Shown: positions 7,281 through 20,836 of the stretch, in pieces
How the letters are laid out: every line of letters starts with the position of its first letter
Numbering within the stretch: position 1 is the first letter of the stretch
Source of the DNA: Kofleriaceae bacterium
GTDB lineage: Bacteria > Myxococcota_A > Polyangia > Haliangiales > Haliangiaceae
NCBI GenBank assembly: GCA_041389925.1
Contig: JAWKQX010000006.1
Coordinates: forward strand, 151,837 to 215,836
DNA: 64,000 nucleotides
Direction of reading: 5' to 3'
Position numbers and translations under genes: made by a program
The notes under the pieces: model-generated
What the model was told of the DNA's origin: nothing
The model's input: only the letters and a program-made list of their open reading frames with translations
The model's database searches: none

Positions 7281-10004
7281 ATGGCCCACGGCGAAGGCGC
7301 TCCCAAGGCAGAGACCGCGGAGCCGCACACGCAGGCGGTCGCGTTCAAGCGGCGCTTCTTCTTGCCCGCGGTCATCTTGCTCGCGGCGGAGGTGCTGGGC
7401 GTCGGGCTCCCGCTGTGGTGGATGTTCGACTTCTCGTCGATCCCCAACGCCGTCCTGGTGCGCACCGCGCTCCCCGTGGCGATCTCGGCGATCCTCCTGT
7501 GGAGCGCGGCCGTGGTGGTGTGGCTCTGGCCGGTCCGGGCGGTGGTGCTGGCGCGCCGGCAGGGGCGCAAGCCCGAACCGGAGGTCGCGGCCCGCGCGGA
7601 GCGGTTCACCGAGCGCGCCGCGGTGCGCGCGCTGGTCCTGCGCACCGCGCTGTGGGCCGGCGCGGCGGCGACCACCGGCTTCTTCTTCCTCAAGTACGCG
7701 GGCTGGCGCGCGCCTCAGCTCGCCGAGATGACCGCCGTGGCGGCGCTGCACGCGTACGCGGTCTCGTGCCTGCGGGCCGTGTGGTGGCACAGCATCCTCT
7801 TGCGCGTGCGCGCGCGCCTGTTCCACGCCGCCTCCGCGCAGCGCTTCGGCGACGCACACTTCCGGCAGCTCCTGCTGGTGACCATGGTGGTGGCCGGCGG
7901 CGTGCTCGCCGCCCAGGCCGCGTTCACGTACTACTTCGTGCCCATCAGCTTCGAGCAGTACCTGCAGCTCCAGACCTACCTCCCGCTCGCGGCCGCCGTC
8001 GGGCTCGCGGCGTGGACGCTCCTGGCGCACGGCATGACGTCCTCGCTGCGGCGCTACTCGCGCTCGGCGCGCGGCGAGGTCAGCGCCCTGTCCAGCGAAC
8101 CCGCGGCGGTGATCTATCGGCGCGCCCAGGAGGTCCCGTACCGGCTCGCCCTCTTGACGATCGCCATCTGGATGGTGATCGCCGCGCTCGGGTTCCTGGT
8201 CGCCCGCCTGCACCTGGACCTGGAGCTCGACGACGCCGCGATCCTCGCGGTCGCCGTCGTCGTGCTGGCCCTGACCGGCGCGATCTACGAGGCCCTGTGG
8301 CACCGCGACACGCTGGCGCCCCTGCTCGCGCACGTCACCCAGCGCCACCGCGTCCCGATCCGCACGATCGAGCCGACGCTGTCGTTGCGCTCGAAGCTCC
8401 TCTTGTCCTTCGGCGGCATGGTCCTGCTCGCCTGCGGCATGGCCTTGCTCTGGGGCTTCGTCCAGTACAAGACCCTCGCGACCGACGCCGCCCTCCGCCA
8501 GACGGAGATCGGCCTGCAGTGGGTCCGGTCCGAGGTGCAGGCCGAGATCGCCGCGCAGCCGCAGCCGCCCACCGCCGCGCTGGTGCGAGAGGCGCTGCGC
8601 CACCTCGGCGCGCGCGCGCCCGAGGCCAGCACCGTGCTCTACTACCTCTCGCCCGGCGAGGATCCCATCCACTTCGCGGACCTGCTCGCGGTCGGCGGCG
8701 GGCCGATGGGCGCCCCCAAGCTGCCCTGGTACGTGCGCGCGCGCCTGCAGGTCCCCAAGCGCGGCGTGATCAACCTCGGCGCCGCCCAGCTCACCGGCCG
8801 CACCGCGCGCCTCAACCTGCCGTGGCACGGCAAGGTCTACGACCTCGGCGGCATCGCGGTGTTCTATCCGAGCTACCGCGGCCGCGGCGAGTCCATGGTG
8901 CGCCCGCTCAAGGAGCTGCTGGTGTTCTTCCTCGTGCTCTTCGCCGCGTGCGGGGGCATCGTCGTGGTGACGGTGGCGCAGTTCGTCTCGCCGATCCGCC
9001 AGCTCGAGAAGCGCGCCGACGGCATGGCCCGCGGCGAGCTCATCGACCCGGTCAGCGCCGGCAGCGAGGGCGACGAGATCGGGCGGCTGACCTTCGCGCT
9101 GGAGGAGATGCGCCGCGCGCTGCGCGACAAGCTGCGCTCCACCGAGGAGGTCAACCTGGACCTGGAGCGCGCGGTGCAGAACCGCACCGCCGACCTCGCC
9201 AAGAAGAACCGCGAGCTGGCCGAGGCGCTCGACAAGCTCACCCAGGCGCAGGCCCAGCTCGTGCGCTCCGAGAAGCTGGCGTCGATCGGCCAGCTCGTCG
9301 CCGGGATCGCGCACGAGATCAACAATCCGGTGAACGCGATCGTCAACACCGTCGGGCCGCTCGAGGAGGCGATCGCCGAGCTCGACGCCCCCGACGAGGC
9401 CGCGCGGCAGGAGGCCTCGCGCGACATCCGCGAGATGGTCCGGGTGGTGCAGCGCGGCGCGCAGCGCACCAAGGCGATCGTCCGGGCGCTGCACAACTAC
9501 TCCCGGACCGACGAAGAGAGCGTCGTGGAGTTCGACATCGACCGCACCATCGACGACTCGCTGGAGCTCTTGCGCCACCTGCTCAAGCAGCACGTCACCG
9601 TCGACAAGCGCTACGGCGACGCCGGCCGCGTGCGCGGCCACGCCGGGCAGATCGGCCAGGTGTTCATGAACCTCCTGACCAACGCCGCGCAGGCGGTCGC
9701 CGGCCGGGAGCACGCCGAGATCCAGATCGAGTCCCGCGGCGACGACGATCGCGTGATCATCAAGATCACCGACAACGGCGCCGGCATCCCCGCGCAGGTC
9801 CTGCCCCGCATCTGGGACCCGTTCTTCACCACCAAGGACGTCGGCGAGGGCACCGGCCTGGGCCTCTCCATCGTGCACGAGCTGGTGGAGCGCCACGGCG
9901 GCACCATCGAGGTCGACACCGAGCTCGGCCGCGGCACCTCGTTCACCGTCACCTTGCCGCGCGCCGCCGACAGCGCCCACCCGACCCGCGGCCGCGCCGG
10001 GTAG
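7281..10004 (+). CDS. multi-pass membrane sensor histidine kinase (about 8 TM, HAMP, HisKA, HATPase_c), 907 aa
   Basis: Start MAHGEGAPK (ATG 7281) inside ORF 6912..10004. Multiple hydrophobic helices. HAMP-like IRQLEKRADGMARGELIDPV. Phospho-acceptor H-box EKLASIGQLVAGIAHEINNP. N/G1/G2 boxes (NLLTNAAQA, DNGAGIP, GTGLGLSIV). Confidence 0.85.
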   Translation: MAHGEGAPKAETAEPHTQAVAFKRRFFLPAVILLAAEVLGVGLPLWWMFDFSSIPNAVLVRTALPVAISAILLWSAAVVVWLWPVRAVVLARRQGRKPEPEVAARAERFTERAAVRALVLRTALWAGAAATTGFFFLKYAGWRAPQLAEMTAVAALHAYAVSCLRAVWWHSILLRVRARLFHAASAQRFGDAHFRQLLLVTMVVAGGVLAAQAAFTYYFVPISFEQYLQLQTYLPLAAAVGLAAWTLLAHGMTSSLRRYSRSARGEVSALSSEPAAVIYRRAQEVPYRLALLTIAIWMVIAALGFLVARLHLDLELDDAAILAVAVVVLALTGAIYEALWHRDTLAPLLAHVTQRHRVPIRTIEPTLSLRSKLLLSFGGMVLLACGMALLWGFVQYKTLATDAALRQTEIGLQWVRSEVQAEIAAQPQPPTAALVREALRHLGARAPEASTVLYYLSPGEDPIHFADLLAVGGGPMGAPKLPWYVRARLQVPKRGVINLGAAQLTGRTARLNLPWHGKVYDLGGIAVFYPSYRGRGESMVRPLKELLVFFLVLFAACGGIVVVTVAQFVSPIRQLEKRADGMARGELIDPVSAGSEGDEIGRLTFALEEMRRALRDKLRSTEEVNLDLERAVQNRTADLAKKNRELAEALDKLTQAQAQLVRSEKLASIGQLVAGIAHEINNPVNAIVNTVGPLEEAIAELDAPDEAARQEASRDIREMVRVVQRGAQRTKAIVRALHNYSRTDEESVVEFDIDRTIDDSLELLRHLLKQHVTVDKRYGDAGRVRGHAGQIGQVFMNLLTNAAQAVAGREHAEIQIESRGDDDRVIIKITDNGAGIPAQVLPRIWDPFFTTKDVGEGTGLGLSIVHELVERHGGTIEVDTELGRGTSFTVTLPRAADSAHPTRGRAG

Positions 10005-10056
10005 GGCGAGCACGCCGGTCTCGGAGGCCGAGCGCGCCGCGTCGTTTTGCGGCGGC

Positions 10057-10611
10057 TCACCCGCCCAGCGCCAGCTGCTCGCGCACCCACAGCATGAGCG
10101 CGCGCACCGCGGCGGCCTCCTCCGAGGAGCCGGCCGCGCCGTACATCGCGTCGATCGCGTCCTCGTGGAGCCAGGCGTCCTGCTGGAGGGCCTCGAACTC
10201 GGGCTCCGTGAAGGCCTCGCGCAGCACCGCGAGGATCTTCGCCGTCGTCGGGTCTGCCGGCGTCCCACCGGACGTCGCCGCGGGGCCGGCGCTCGCTCGC
10301 CGATCGCGCTGCCGGGGCTCTCGCTCAAGCTCGCTCCGTGCCCGGATCACGCCGACCAGGTGCGCCTGCAGCGAGGTGGCGCGCGGGTTCCAGGGCCGCG
10401 CCCCGGTCACCGTCGCGTCCAGCGCTTCGCGCACCAGCTCACGCGCGCCCGCGCCGCTCGACCGGGCCTGGCTCGCGGCGTAGCGAAGCAGCCGCGCGAC
10501 CAGCTTGGCCGTCGCCTGAGCGTGGAACGCCTGGGACCAGCTCCGCGAGCCGCGCCAGCGCGCGCGCTCGCCCGTGACGCGCGCCACGTCCCGCGGCGGC
10601 TCGGTCACCAT
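10057..10611 (-). CDS. hypothetical protein (about 184 aa); start uncertain
   Basis: The C-terminal half of ORF 10057..11091(-) has ordinary composition (…ILAVLREAFTEPEFEALQQDAWLHEDAIDAMYG…). The N-terminal 160 aa are Arg/Pro-rich and probably not translated. Start taken at the internal ATG (MVTEPP). Confidence 0.35.
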   Translation of the reverse strand: MVTEPPRDVARVTGERARWRGSRSWSQAFHAQATAKLVARLLRYAASQARSSGAGARELVREALDATVTGARPWNPRATSLQAHLVGVIRARSELEREPRQRDRRASAGPAATSGGTPADPTTAKILAVLREAFTEPEFEALQQDAWLHEDAIDAMYGAAGSSEEAAAVRALMLWVREQLALGG

Positions 10612-11156
10612 CGCGCCGCCGTCCCCGCGCGTCTGGAGCTCGCCTCGCGCGGTGTCCGCGACGCCCGCGGTTTTCCCGCGCGAGGTCGGCGTTCGATCGT
10701 CGCCTCCGGCGCGCGCGCCGGGACTCGCTCGCGGTTCCTCGGTGCGTGAACGAGGCAGGACCAGGGGGAGCTGAGCGCGGCCATCACTCGCTACATCGGC
10801 GGGCCGGTCGAGGCGTAAAGTCGGAGCGTCGCCGCGCGGCTGGAGCCGACGCTCGAAGCGAGGTCGCGACGCGGTAGCCGCTCGGCGTCTGGGTCCGCCA
10901 GGACCCTCGTGAGGCGCTTGCGTCGGGTGCAGCGCGACGCAGCGCGGCGCTCGTGGCGACCCACAAGGTGAGCGCTCGCGCGGCGAGGTTGCGGGATCTT
11001 GTGGGACTCCCAACCAATTGACTGGACGACGATGACGAGGCGCGTGCTGCGGCTGCCATCTCTGCACCCCTTTGTCCACCACGTCGTCCATCGCGATCCG
11101 TCGTCATCGGCGCCCGGCGGTTGTCGTCGCGTATCCTCGAACGTTAGCTTGCGCGA

Positions 11157-12410
11157 ATGAAGGACATCAGCAAGGTAGTGATCGCCGGGGCGGGCCCCGG
11201 CGGATTGACCGCAGCGCTGGCGCTGCGCGATCGAGGCGTGGACGTCCGCATCTTCGAGCGCGTCGATCGCGAGCACATGCTCGCCGACGTCGGCGGCGCG
11301 TACGACCTCAGCCCGCATGTGTTCGAGGCGATGGACGACCTCGGGGTCGGGGAGGCCTTGCGCAAGGACGCCTCCCACATCTCCGCGCTCAAGACGTTCA
11401 GCTCTTCGGGAGAGGAGATCGGAACGCTCACGATCCCCGACTCGATCGACACGGTCAGCCTCCGGCGCTCGGTCTTGCAGCGGCGGCTGCTCCACACCTT
11501 CGGCGTGGAGCGAGTCACGGCGAGCGCCAAGGTGATCGGCTACCGGGAAGACGAGGCCGGCGTCACGGTGGAACTCGAGGGGGGGCAGACCCACCGGGCC
11601 GACGTCCTGATCGGCGCGGACGGAATCCACTCCATGGTGCGCGCAGGCGTGCTGGGCGAGCAGCCCGCGCATTTCTGCTCGTGCATGTGCTCGTGGGGGC
11701 GCGTGAGCGACACCGAGTTCGCGCAGCTGGCCGAGCTGCCGGCCGACGGCGTCACCTGGTTCGGGCGAGGCGCGTGCTTCATCCTGGGGCACCTGGACGG
11801 GCTCATCATCTGGTCGGCCTTCTGGCACGCCGACGAGTACGCGAGGTCCGCGAGCCGCGCCGCCACCAAGGCGCTGATCCTCGATCGCTTCGCCGAGTAC
11901 CCCGACTTCGTGCGCGCACTCATCGAGTCCACCCCCGACGACACGCTCGCCGAGACCGGGATCTGGGACCGCGATCCCAGCCCGGGCTGGACCAAGGGCC
12001 GCGTGGCCCTCCTCGGCGACGCGGCGCACCCGACGACGCCGTTCCTCGGGCAAGGCGCCAACAGCGCCATCACCGATGGCTACGTCCTCGGCAGCTACCT
12101 CTCGGGGATGCCGTACGCGGAGGCGTTCGAGCTGTACGAGCAGCGACGCATGAAGGTGGTGGCCAAGAACGTCAAGACCGCGCGCCGCATCGGCGAGATG
12201 ATGACCGGCGACCGCTGGTGGTCGAGCCTGGCGACGCGCGTCCTCTTTGGCTGGCTCCCCGATCAGTGGTTGGTGAAGGGCATCCTCACGGCCGATGAGG
12301 CCAACGACATGCGCGACCTCATCGAGGCGCATCGCGATGACGGCAGGTCCGCGGTCACCTCGGGGCGCTGGGCGCGGGCGCGCGACACCACGGGCGCGCC
12401 GCCGACCTGA
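11157..12410 (+). CDS. FAD-dependent monooxygenase (UbiH/salicylate-hydroxylase family)
   Basis: N-terminal dinucleotide-binding VVIAGAGPGGLTAALAL. Later GDAAHPTTPFLGQGAN (FAD/DG motif of class A flavoprotein monooxygenases). ATG 11157 verified. Confidence 0.85.
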   Translation: MKDISKVVIAGAGPGGLTAALALRDRGVDVRIFERVDREHMLADVGGAYDLSPHVFEAMDDLGVGEALRKDASHISALKTFSSSGEEIGTLTIPDSIDTVSLRRSVLQRRLLHTFGVERVTASAKVIGYREDEAGVTVELEGGQTHRADVLIGADGIHSMVRAGVLGEQPAHFCSCMCSWGRVSDTEFAQLAELPADGVTWFGRGACFILGHLDGLIIWSAFWHADEYARSASRAATKALILDRFAEYPDFVRALIESTPDDTLAETGIWDRDPSPGWTKGRVALLGDAAHPTTPFLGQGANSAITDGYVLGSYLSGMPYAEAFELYEQRRMKVVAKNVKTARRIGEMMTGDRWWSSLATRVLFGWLPDQWLVKGILTADEANDMRDLIEAHRDDGRSAVTSGRWARARDTTGAPPT

Positions 12411-12495
12411 GAGCTCGGCCGCGACGGCTGGCGGACCGCGGGATCGCTGCCATTTTGTCAACCCGCCGCCCGGGACCTGCCAGGCTGGCAGCAGC

Positions 12496-12510
12496 GGCTC
12501 GCGGCTTGCA
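12496..12510 (+). promoter_or_regulatory. candidate sigma-54 (-24/-12) promoter GCGG-N10-TTGCA upstream of the NtrC-type gene
   Basis: Sequence gcGGctcgcggcTTGCAa: GG at 12496-97 and GC at 12508-09 with the canonical 10-nt spacing. TTGCA matches the -12 consensus. The -24 element is GGCT rather than GGCA. About 70 nt upstream of ATG 12583. Confidence 0.3.
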
Positions 12511-12582
12511 AAGATGGGGCAAGCAATTCTCGATATTTGCGGGAATCAGGGTTGGCATCCCGTGTGTTAGTAGACCATCCCC

Positions 12583-14097
<1,515 letters not shown>

Positions 14098-14108
14098 CCG
14101 CGCCGCCC

Positions 14109-14327
14109 ATGAGCACCCCCATGCCGACCCTCGAACGTACCTTCTGGATCGTCGCCATCGTCGCCGTGCTGGTGTGCGCCTCGCTCACCATCCGGGCCGG
14201 AGCGGCGCTGCTCGAGACGGGCCTCCTCCGCGACTCGGCGAGCTCGCGGGCGCTCCCTTGGGGGAGCGCGCGGAGTGCGCCCGTCGACCTCCCCCAACCC
14301 TCGCCGCTGTCCACGCGCTGGTCGTAA
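14109..14327 (+). CDS. small membrane ORF paralogous to the GspC N-terminus (72 aa); possible duplication relic or pseudogene
   Basis: ERTFWIVAIVAVLVCAS...LLRDSASSRA aligns with GspC IKRYFWIVPVVAVMLCAF...VLGDSKTAPPARA. The DNA is also similar. ATG 14109 is 12 nt after the NtrC stop. Confidence 0.35.
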   Translation: MSTPMPTLERTFWIVAIVAVLVCASLTIRAGAALLETGLLRDSASSRALPWGSARSAPVDLPQPSPLSTRWS

Positions 14328-14343
14328 GACGCCGGAGCCCCGC

Positions 14344-15264
14344 ATGCAGGATCAAATCAAGCGCTACTTTTGGATCGTCCCCGTCGTCGCCGTGATGCTG
14401 TGCGCGTTCTACGCCGCCAAGGCGACCGCGCACATCGTGGAGGCGAAGGTCCTCGGCGACTCGAAGACGGCGCCGCCGGCGCGCGCGACCGTGCTCGCCG
14501 CGGCGGAGCCCCGCGTGGTGCGCCACAGCAAGGACGGCGTGCAGCTCACGCAGCGCAACATGTTCTGCTCCGGGTGCACGCCCGCCGTGGCGGTGGTCAC
14601 CGATCCCTCGCAGGTGCCGATGACGAGCCTGTCGCTGCTCCTGGTCGCGACCAACGTCAGCCAGGATCCGACGCTGTCGTTCGCCTCGGTGGTCAACGCC
14701 GACACCCAGGTCCAGGGCGGCTACCACGTCGGGGACAAGCTCCCCGGCGCCGGCCCGATCAAGGAGATCCACTACAAGTACATCGACTTCGAGAACAGCG
14801 GTCGCATCGAGCGCCTGGTGCTCGCCGGCCTGACCGAGCCGGTCATCGCGGCCGCGCCGGAGCCGCCGCCGGCGGTCGCCGCGATCGGCGACAGCAAGGA
14901 CGAGCTGCAGGCGGCGCTCGACAGCGGCATCCGCAAGCTGAGCGACACCAGCTTCGAGGTCGATCGCGCGCTGGTCGACAAGGCGCTCGCCAATCCCATG
15001 GCCATCGCCAAGGGCGCGCGCATCGTCCCCTCGGTGAAGGACGGCAAGCCGGATGGCTTCAAGCTGTACGCGATCCGGCAGAACTCCGTCTATTCCAAGC
15101 TGGGCTTGTCCAACGGCGACACGCTGCAGTCGATCAACGGGTACGGGCTCACCTCCGCGGAGGCGGCGCTCGAGGTCTACACCAAGCTGCGCGAGGCCAC
15201 CGCTCTGGAGGTCTCGGTGAGCCGCCGCGGCAAGCCCGTCACCCTCAAGTATTCGATCCGCTAG
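14344..15264 (+). CDS. gspC: type II secretion system protein GspC (TM anchor + C-terminal PDZ domain)
   Basis: Start MQDQIKRYFWIVPVVAVMLCAF (ATG 14344, GGAG 10 nt upstream). C-terminal PDZ-like IRQNSVYSKLGLSNGDTLQSINGYGLTSAE. First gene of the gsp cluster. Confidence 0.8.
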   Translation: MQDQIKRYFWIVPVVAVMLCAFYAAKATAHIVEAKVLGDSKTAPPARATVLAAAEPRVVRHSKDGVQLTQRNMFCSGCTPAVAVVTDPSQVPMTSLSLLLVATNVSQDPTLSFASVVNADTQVQGGYHVGDKLPGAGPIKEIHYKYIDFENSGRIERLVLAGLTEPVIAAAPEPPPAVAAIGDSKDELQAALDSGIRKLSDTSFEVDRALVDKALANPMAIAKGARIVPSVKDGKPDGFKLYAIRQNSVYSKLGLSNGDTLQSINGYGLTSAEAALEVYTKLREATALEVSVSRRGKPVTLKYSIR

Positions 15265-15290
15265 CTCGCTAGCCTGACCTACGAGAGCCC

Positions 15291-17732
15291 GTGAAAGTCA
15301 TGATGTCGAACCAACCCGCCCCGAATCCTCGCCTCGCTCGCTGCCGGCGCTTCTCCTCTGCGCTCGCGCTCGCGCTTGCGCTCGTGGCGTCGGCCGCGGT
15401 CGTCCGGCCCGCGCAGGCGCAGCCGGCGTCGACCGACGATCAGATGTACAACTGCAACACGAAGGCCAAGGGGCCGATGACGGTGACCCTCAAGGGCCCG
15501 GAGACCGAGCTGAAGGATCTCATCTCGTGGATGATGACCTTCAACTGCAAGAACTTCGTGTTCGAGCCGCGGATCATCTCGTCGGGCAAGAAGGTCACCA
15601 TCATGGCCCCGCTCAAGATGACGCCCCAGCAGGCCTACGACGTCTTCTTGGTGGCGCTCTCCACGATGGGCCTGACCGTCGTGCCCAAGGGCAACGTGAT
15701 GCGCATCATCGAGTCCGCCACCGCGCGCACCGAGACGCTGCCGCTGCGCCGCGGCTCGCCCGGCAACCGCGACGAGATGATCCGCTTCATCCTCCGGCCG
15801 TCCTACCTGAAGGTGGACGAGCTGCGCACGGCCTTGAGCACGATGCAGTCGCCCGCCGGGCAGGTCAACACGATCGGCTCGGTGCTGGTCATCACCGACT
15901 ACGCGAGCCAGGTGCGCGACATGGTCGCCCTCACCCGCGCGGTGGACGTCCCGGGCGGCAGCGACGGCATCTACACCATCGCGGTGCAGCACGCCGACGC
16001 CAAGGATCTGGCCTCCAAGATCAGCGAGATCCTCGGCATCACCCAGGGCGCGCCTCCCACCCCGCAGGCCGCGGGGCGCGCCGGCAACGCGGTGCAGACG
16101 AAGGACGTCGCCGCGGCGGTGCCCTCGAAGATCCTCGTCGATGAGCGCAGCAACTCGCTGCTGCTCGTGGCGAGCGAGGCGGCGTACCTGCGCGTGCGCG
16201 CGCTGGTGCAGCGGCTGGACGTCGAGCTCGACACCACCTCGGGGAGCTCGATCCACGTCTACCCGCTGGAGAACGCGATCGCGGAGGAGCTCGCCAACAC
16301 GATCAACGGCGCGCTGCAGGGGCAGTCGCAGCAGCCCAAGCCGGGCGGCGCGCCGCCGCGCGGGCCGGGCGGCCGCGTCGACATCGGCGCCACCATCGAG
16401 GGCCAGGCGCGCGTGTTCGGCGACAAGCCGACCAACTCGCTGGTGGTCATGTCGTCCGGGCGCGACTTCGTCGCCCTCAAGGAGGTGATCCGCAAGCTCG
16501 ACATCCCGCGCCGCCAGGTGTTCATCGAGGCGCTGATCCTGGAGGTCCAGCTCTCGGATCGCTTGAACCTCGGCACCAGCTCGCACGCCGGCGTCCCGGT
16601 GTTCGGCACGAGCCTCCTGCTCGGCGGCGTCCAGGTCGGGGCGGTGAGCTCGCTCAACCCGAGCTCGCTCGCCGCCGCCCAGGGCTTGATCGGCGGCCTG
16701 CTGGGCAAGCCGCTCACCAACCTCTCCAACTTCGGGCTCGGCGCCGCCGGCACCGTCGTGCCGTCGTACGGCCTGGTGGGGCAGGCGCTCCTGTCAAGCG
16801 CCAACACCGACCTGCTGTCCGCGCCGCACTTCATCGCCATCGACAACGAGAAGACCGAGTTCTCCGTCGGCCGCAACATCCCGTACAAGGCCGGCCTCAC
16901 GTTCGGCGGCCTGGGCCTGCCCACCGGGGGCGGCTCCGGCGGGATCGCCGGCTCGATCGGCCAGAACATCCAGCGCGAGAAGCTGAACCTCACCCTCAAC
17001 GTCACGCCGCACATCAGCGGTAACGACATGGTCCGCCTCGAGATCGACGGCGAGATCAAGGACCGCGGCGAGGACGAGCAGGATCTCGGGCCGACCTGGA
17101 CCGAGCGCAAGATCAAGACCCAGGTGGTGGTGCGCGATCAGCAGGCCGTCATCCTGGGCGGGCTCATCCAGGAGTCCTTGCTCTACAGCGAGGTCAAGGT
17201 CCCCATCCTCGGCGACATCCCGGTGCTGGGCTACCTCTTCAAGTCCACCCGGAAGGAGAAGCGCAAGAGCAACCTGCTCATCCTCCTCACCCCCTACGTC
17301 ATCAAGGACCAGCTCGAGCTCCAGCAGATCCGCGAGCGCAAGGAGCGCGAGCGCGCGGAGTACGTGCGCTCGTTCTCGAACCTCAGCGAGGCGCGGTTCC
17401 AGCCCAAGGTGAACTACGCGCGCAAGCGCGGCCTGCTCGAGGAGATCAACCGGACCCTGCAGAACGTCGATGACGACATCCTGGAGCTGCGCTCGCTGGG
17501 GCAGCAGGACCTGGTGCCCGACGGCCCCGTCAACTACACGGTGCCGAGCGACCTCGACGGCGGCGGCACCGGCGGCACCGCCGAGGCGGACGCGCCGAGC
17601 ACCGAGGGCGAGGCGGACGGCGCGGCGGCGACGGCCACCGTCGAGGTCAAGCCCGCCGCGGTGACCCTCAAGCCCGCCGCTAGCGTCAAGCCCGCCAAGG
17701 CCAAGTCCAGGGCGGCGAAGGTGAGCCCCTAG
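15291..17732 (+). CDS. gspD: type II secretion system secretin GspD
   Basis: Signal peptide. N0-N3 domains. Secretin core (VVVRDQQAVILGGLIQESLLYSEVKVPILGDIPVLGYLFKSTRKEKRKSNLLILLTPYVIKD). Low-complexity C-tail. Start GTG 15291 or ATG 15300. Confidence 0.9.
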   Translation: MKVMMSNQPAPNPRLARCRRFSSALALALALVASAAVVRPAQAQPASTDDQMYNCNTKAKGPMTVTLKGPETELKDLISWMMTFNCKNFVFEPRIISSGKKVTIMAPLKMTPQQAYDVFLVALSTMGLTVVPKGNVMRIIESATARTETLPLRRGSPGNRDEMIRFILRPSYLKVDELRTALSTMQSPAGQVNTIGSVLVITDYASQVRDMVALTRAVDVPGGSDGIYTIAVQHADAKDLASKISEILGITQGAPPTPQAAGRAGNAVQTKDVAAAVPSKILVDERSNSLLLVASEAAYLRVRALVQRLDVELDTTSGSSIHVYPLENAIAEELANTINGALQGQSQQPKPGGAPPRGPGGRVDIGATIEGQARVFGDKPTNSLVVMSSGRDFVALKEVIRKLDIPRRQVFIEALILEVQLSDRLNLGTSSHAGVPVFGTSLLLGGVQVGAVSSLNPSSLAAAQGLIGGLLGKPLTNLSNFGLGAAGTVVPSYGLVGQALLSSANTDLLSAPHFIAIDNEKTEFSVGRNIPYKAGLTFGGLGLPTGGGSGGIAGSIGQNIQREKLNLTLNVTPHISGNDMVRLEIDGEIKDRGEDEQDLGPTWTERKIKTQVVVRDQQAVILGGLIQESLLYSEVKVPILGDIPVLGYLFKSTRKEKRKSNLLILLTPYVIKDQLELQQIRERKERERAEYVRSFSNLSEARFQPKVNYARKRGLLEEINRTLQNVDDDILELRSLGQQDLVPDGPVNYTVPSDLDGGGTGGTAEADAPSTEGEADGAAATATVEVKPAAVTLKPAASVKPAKAKSRAAKVSP

Positions 17733-17734
17733 CG

Positions 17735-19566
<1,832 letters not shown>

Positions 19567-19567
<1 letters not shown>

Positions 19568-20820
19568 TGGCGCTCTACGAATGGAAAGGCGTCAACGCCA
19601 GCGGCAAGGCCGTCAGCGGCACGCGTGAGGCGGACTCGCCCAAGACGCTGCGCCAGGTGCTGCGCCGCGACGGCGTCGTGGTCACCGGCTTCGAGCTGTC
19701 CAAGGGCAACGCGAAGGCCAAGGAGGCCGCCGCCAAGTCGCGCGGCCTGTCCCGGCAGGTCGATCTCGGCGGCCTCTTCGGCGGGGTCAGCAAGGTCGAG
19801 ATCGCCAACTTCACCCGGCAGATGGCCACCCTGCTCAAGGCCGGCATCCCGCTCGCCGAGACGCTGTCGGCGCTGACCGAGCAGGTCACCAACCTGCGCT
19901 TCCGCACCTCGCTGAGCGAGGTGCGCGCCGCCGTCAACGAGGGCTCGAACCTCGCCGACGCGCTCGCCAAGCACCCCAAGCTCTTCGACGAGCTGTTCGT
20001 CTCCATGGTGCGCGCCGGCGAGGCCGCCGGCAACCTGGACGAGGTGCTCACCCGCCTCGCCGACTTCCTGGAGAGCGCGCAGAAGCTCAAGTCCAAGGTG
20101 CAGAGCGCGATGGTCTACCCGATCGTCATGCTCGTCGTCGGCATGATCATCATGGTCGTGCTGATGGCCAAGGTGGTGCCGCAGATCACCGAGATGTTCG
20201 TGACGCAGGGCAAGACCCTGCCGATCAACACGCGGATGCTCATCTGGAGCTCGAACTTCATCGGCGGCAACTTCCTCTGGCTCATCATCGGCACGGGGCT
20301 CGCGGTGTTCGGCTTCATGAAGTGGTCCGCGTCGAAGGACGGCAAGCCGATCTGGCATCGCGCCGTCCTCAACATGTGGGTCGTGGGGCCGCTGGCGCGC
20401 AGCCTCAACGTGGGCCGCTTCGCCCGCACCCTGGGCACCATGCTCAAGAGCGGCGTGCCGCTCCTGCGCGCGCTCGATATCGCCAAGCAGATCGTCGGCA
20501 ACGTCGTCATCCGCGAGGCCATCGAGAACTCCAAGAAGGCGGTCACCGAGGGCGAGTCGCTCGCCACCACGCTGCGCAAGAGCGGCCAGTTCCCGCCCAC
20601 CATGATCCACATGGTCGCGGTCGGCGAGCGCGCCGGCCAGCTCGAGGCTATGCTTGAGCGTGTCGCGGACACCTACGAGTCCGAGGTGGACATCAAGCTC
20701 GGCCGCATGGCGTCGCTGCTCGAGCCGCTGATGCTCGTGCTCATGGGCGGCGCGGTCGCCTTCATCGTCTTCTCCATCCTCCAACCCATCATGGACCTCG
20801 GCCAGCTCGGTGGCCGCTAG
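19567..20820 (+). CDS. gspF: type II secretion inner-membrane platform protein GspF
   Basis: Duplicated GspF/PilC domain architecture with 3 TM segments. ATG overlaps the gspE stop. Confidence 0.9.
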
Positions 20821-20836
20821 CTTGCAAGGAGCTCTC

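Noticed and set aside
7104-10328. 1074-aa minus-strand ORF
   Set aside because: Antisense to the histidine kinase. Composition dominated by Arg/Gly/Ala/Asp.
10165-10749. plus-strand 194-aa ORF overlapping 10057..10611(-)
   Set aside because: Arg-rich, poorer composition than the minus-strand candidate. Neither is strongly supported, and the minus-strand one was kept at low confidence.
12561-12579. sigma-54-like TTGGCAT-N6-TGTT just upstream of the NtrC-type gene
   Set aside because: The GG-N10-GC spacing rule fails (GT at -12). The upstream GCGG-N10-TTGCA at 12496-12510 fits better.
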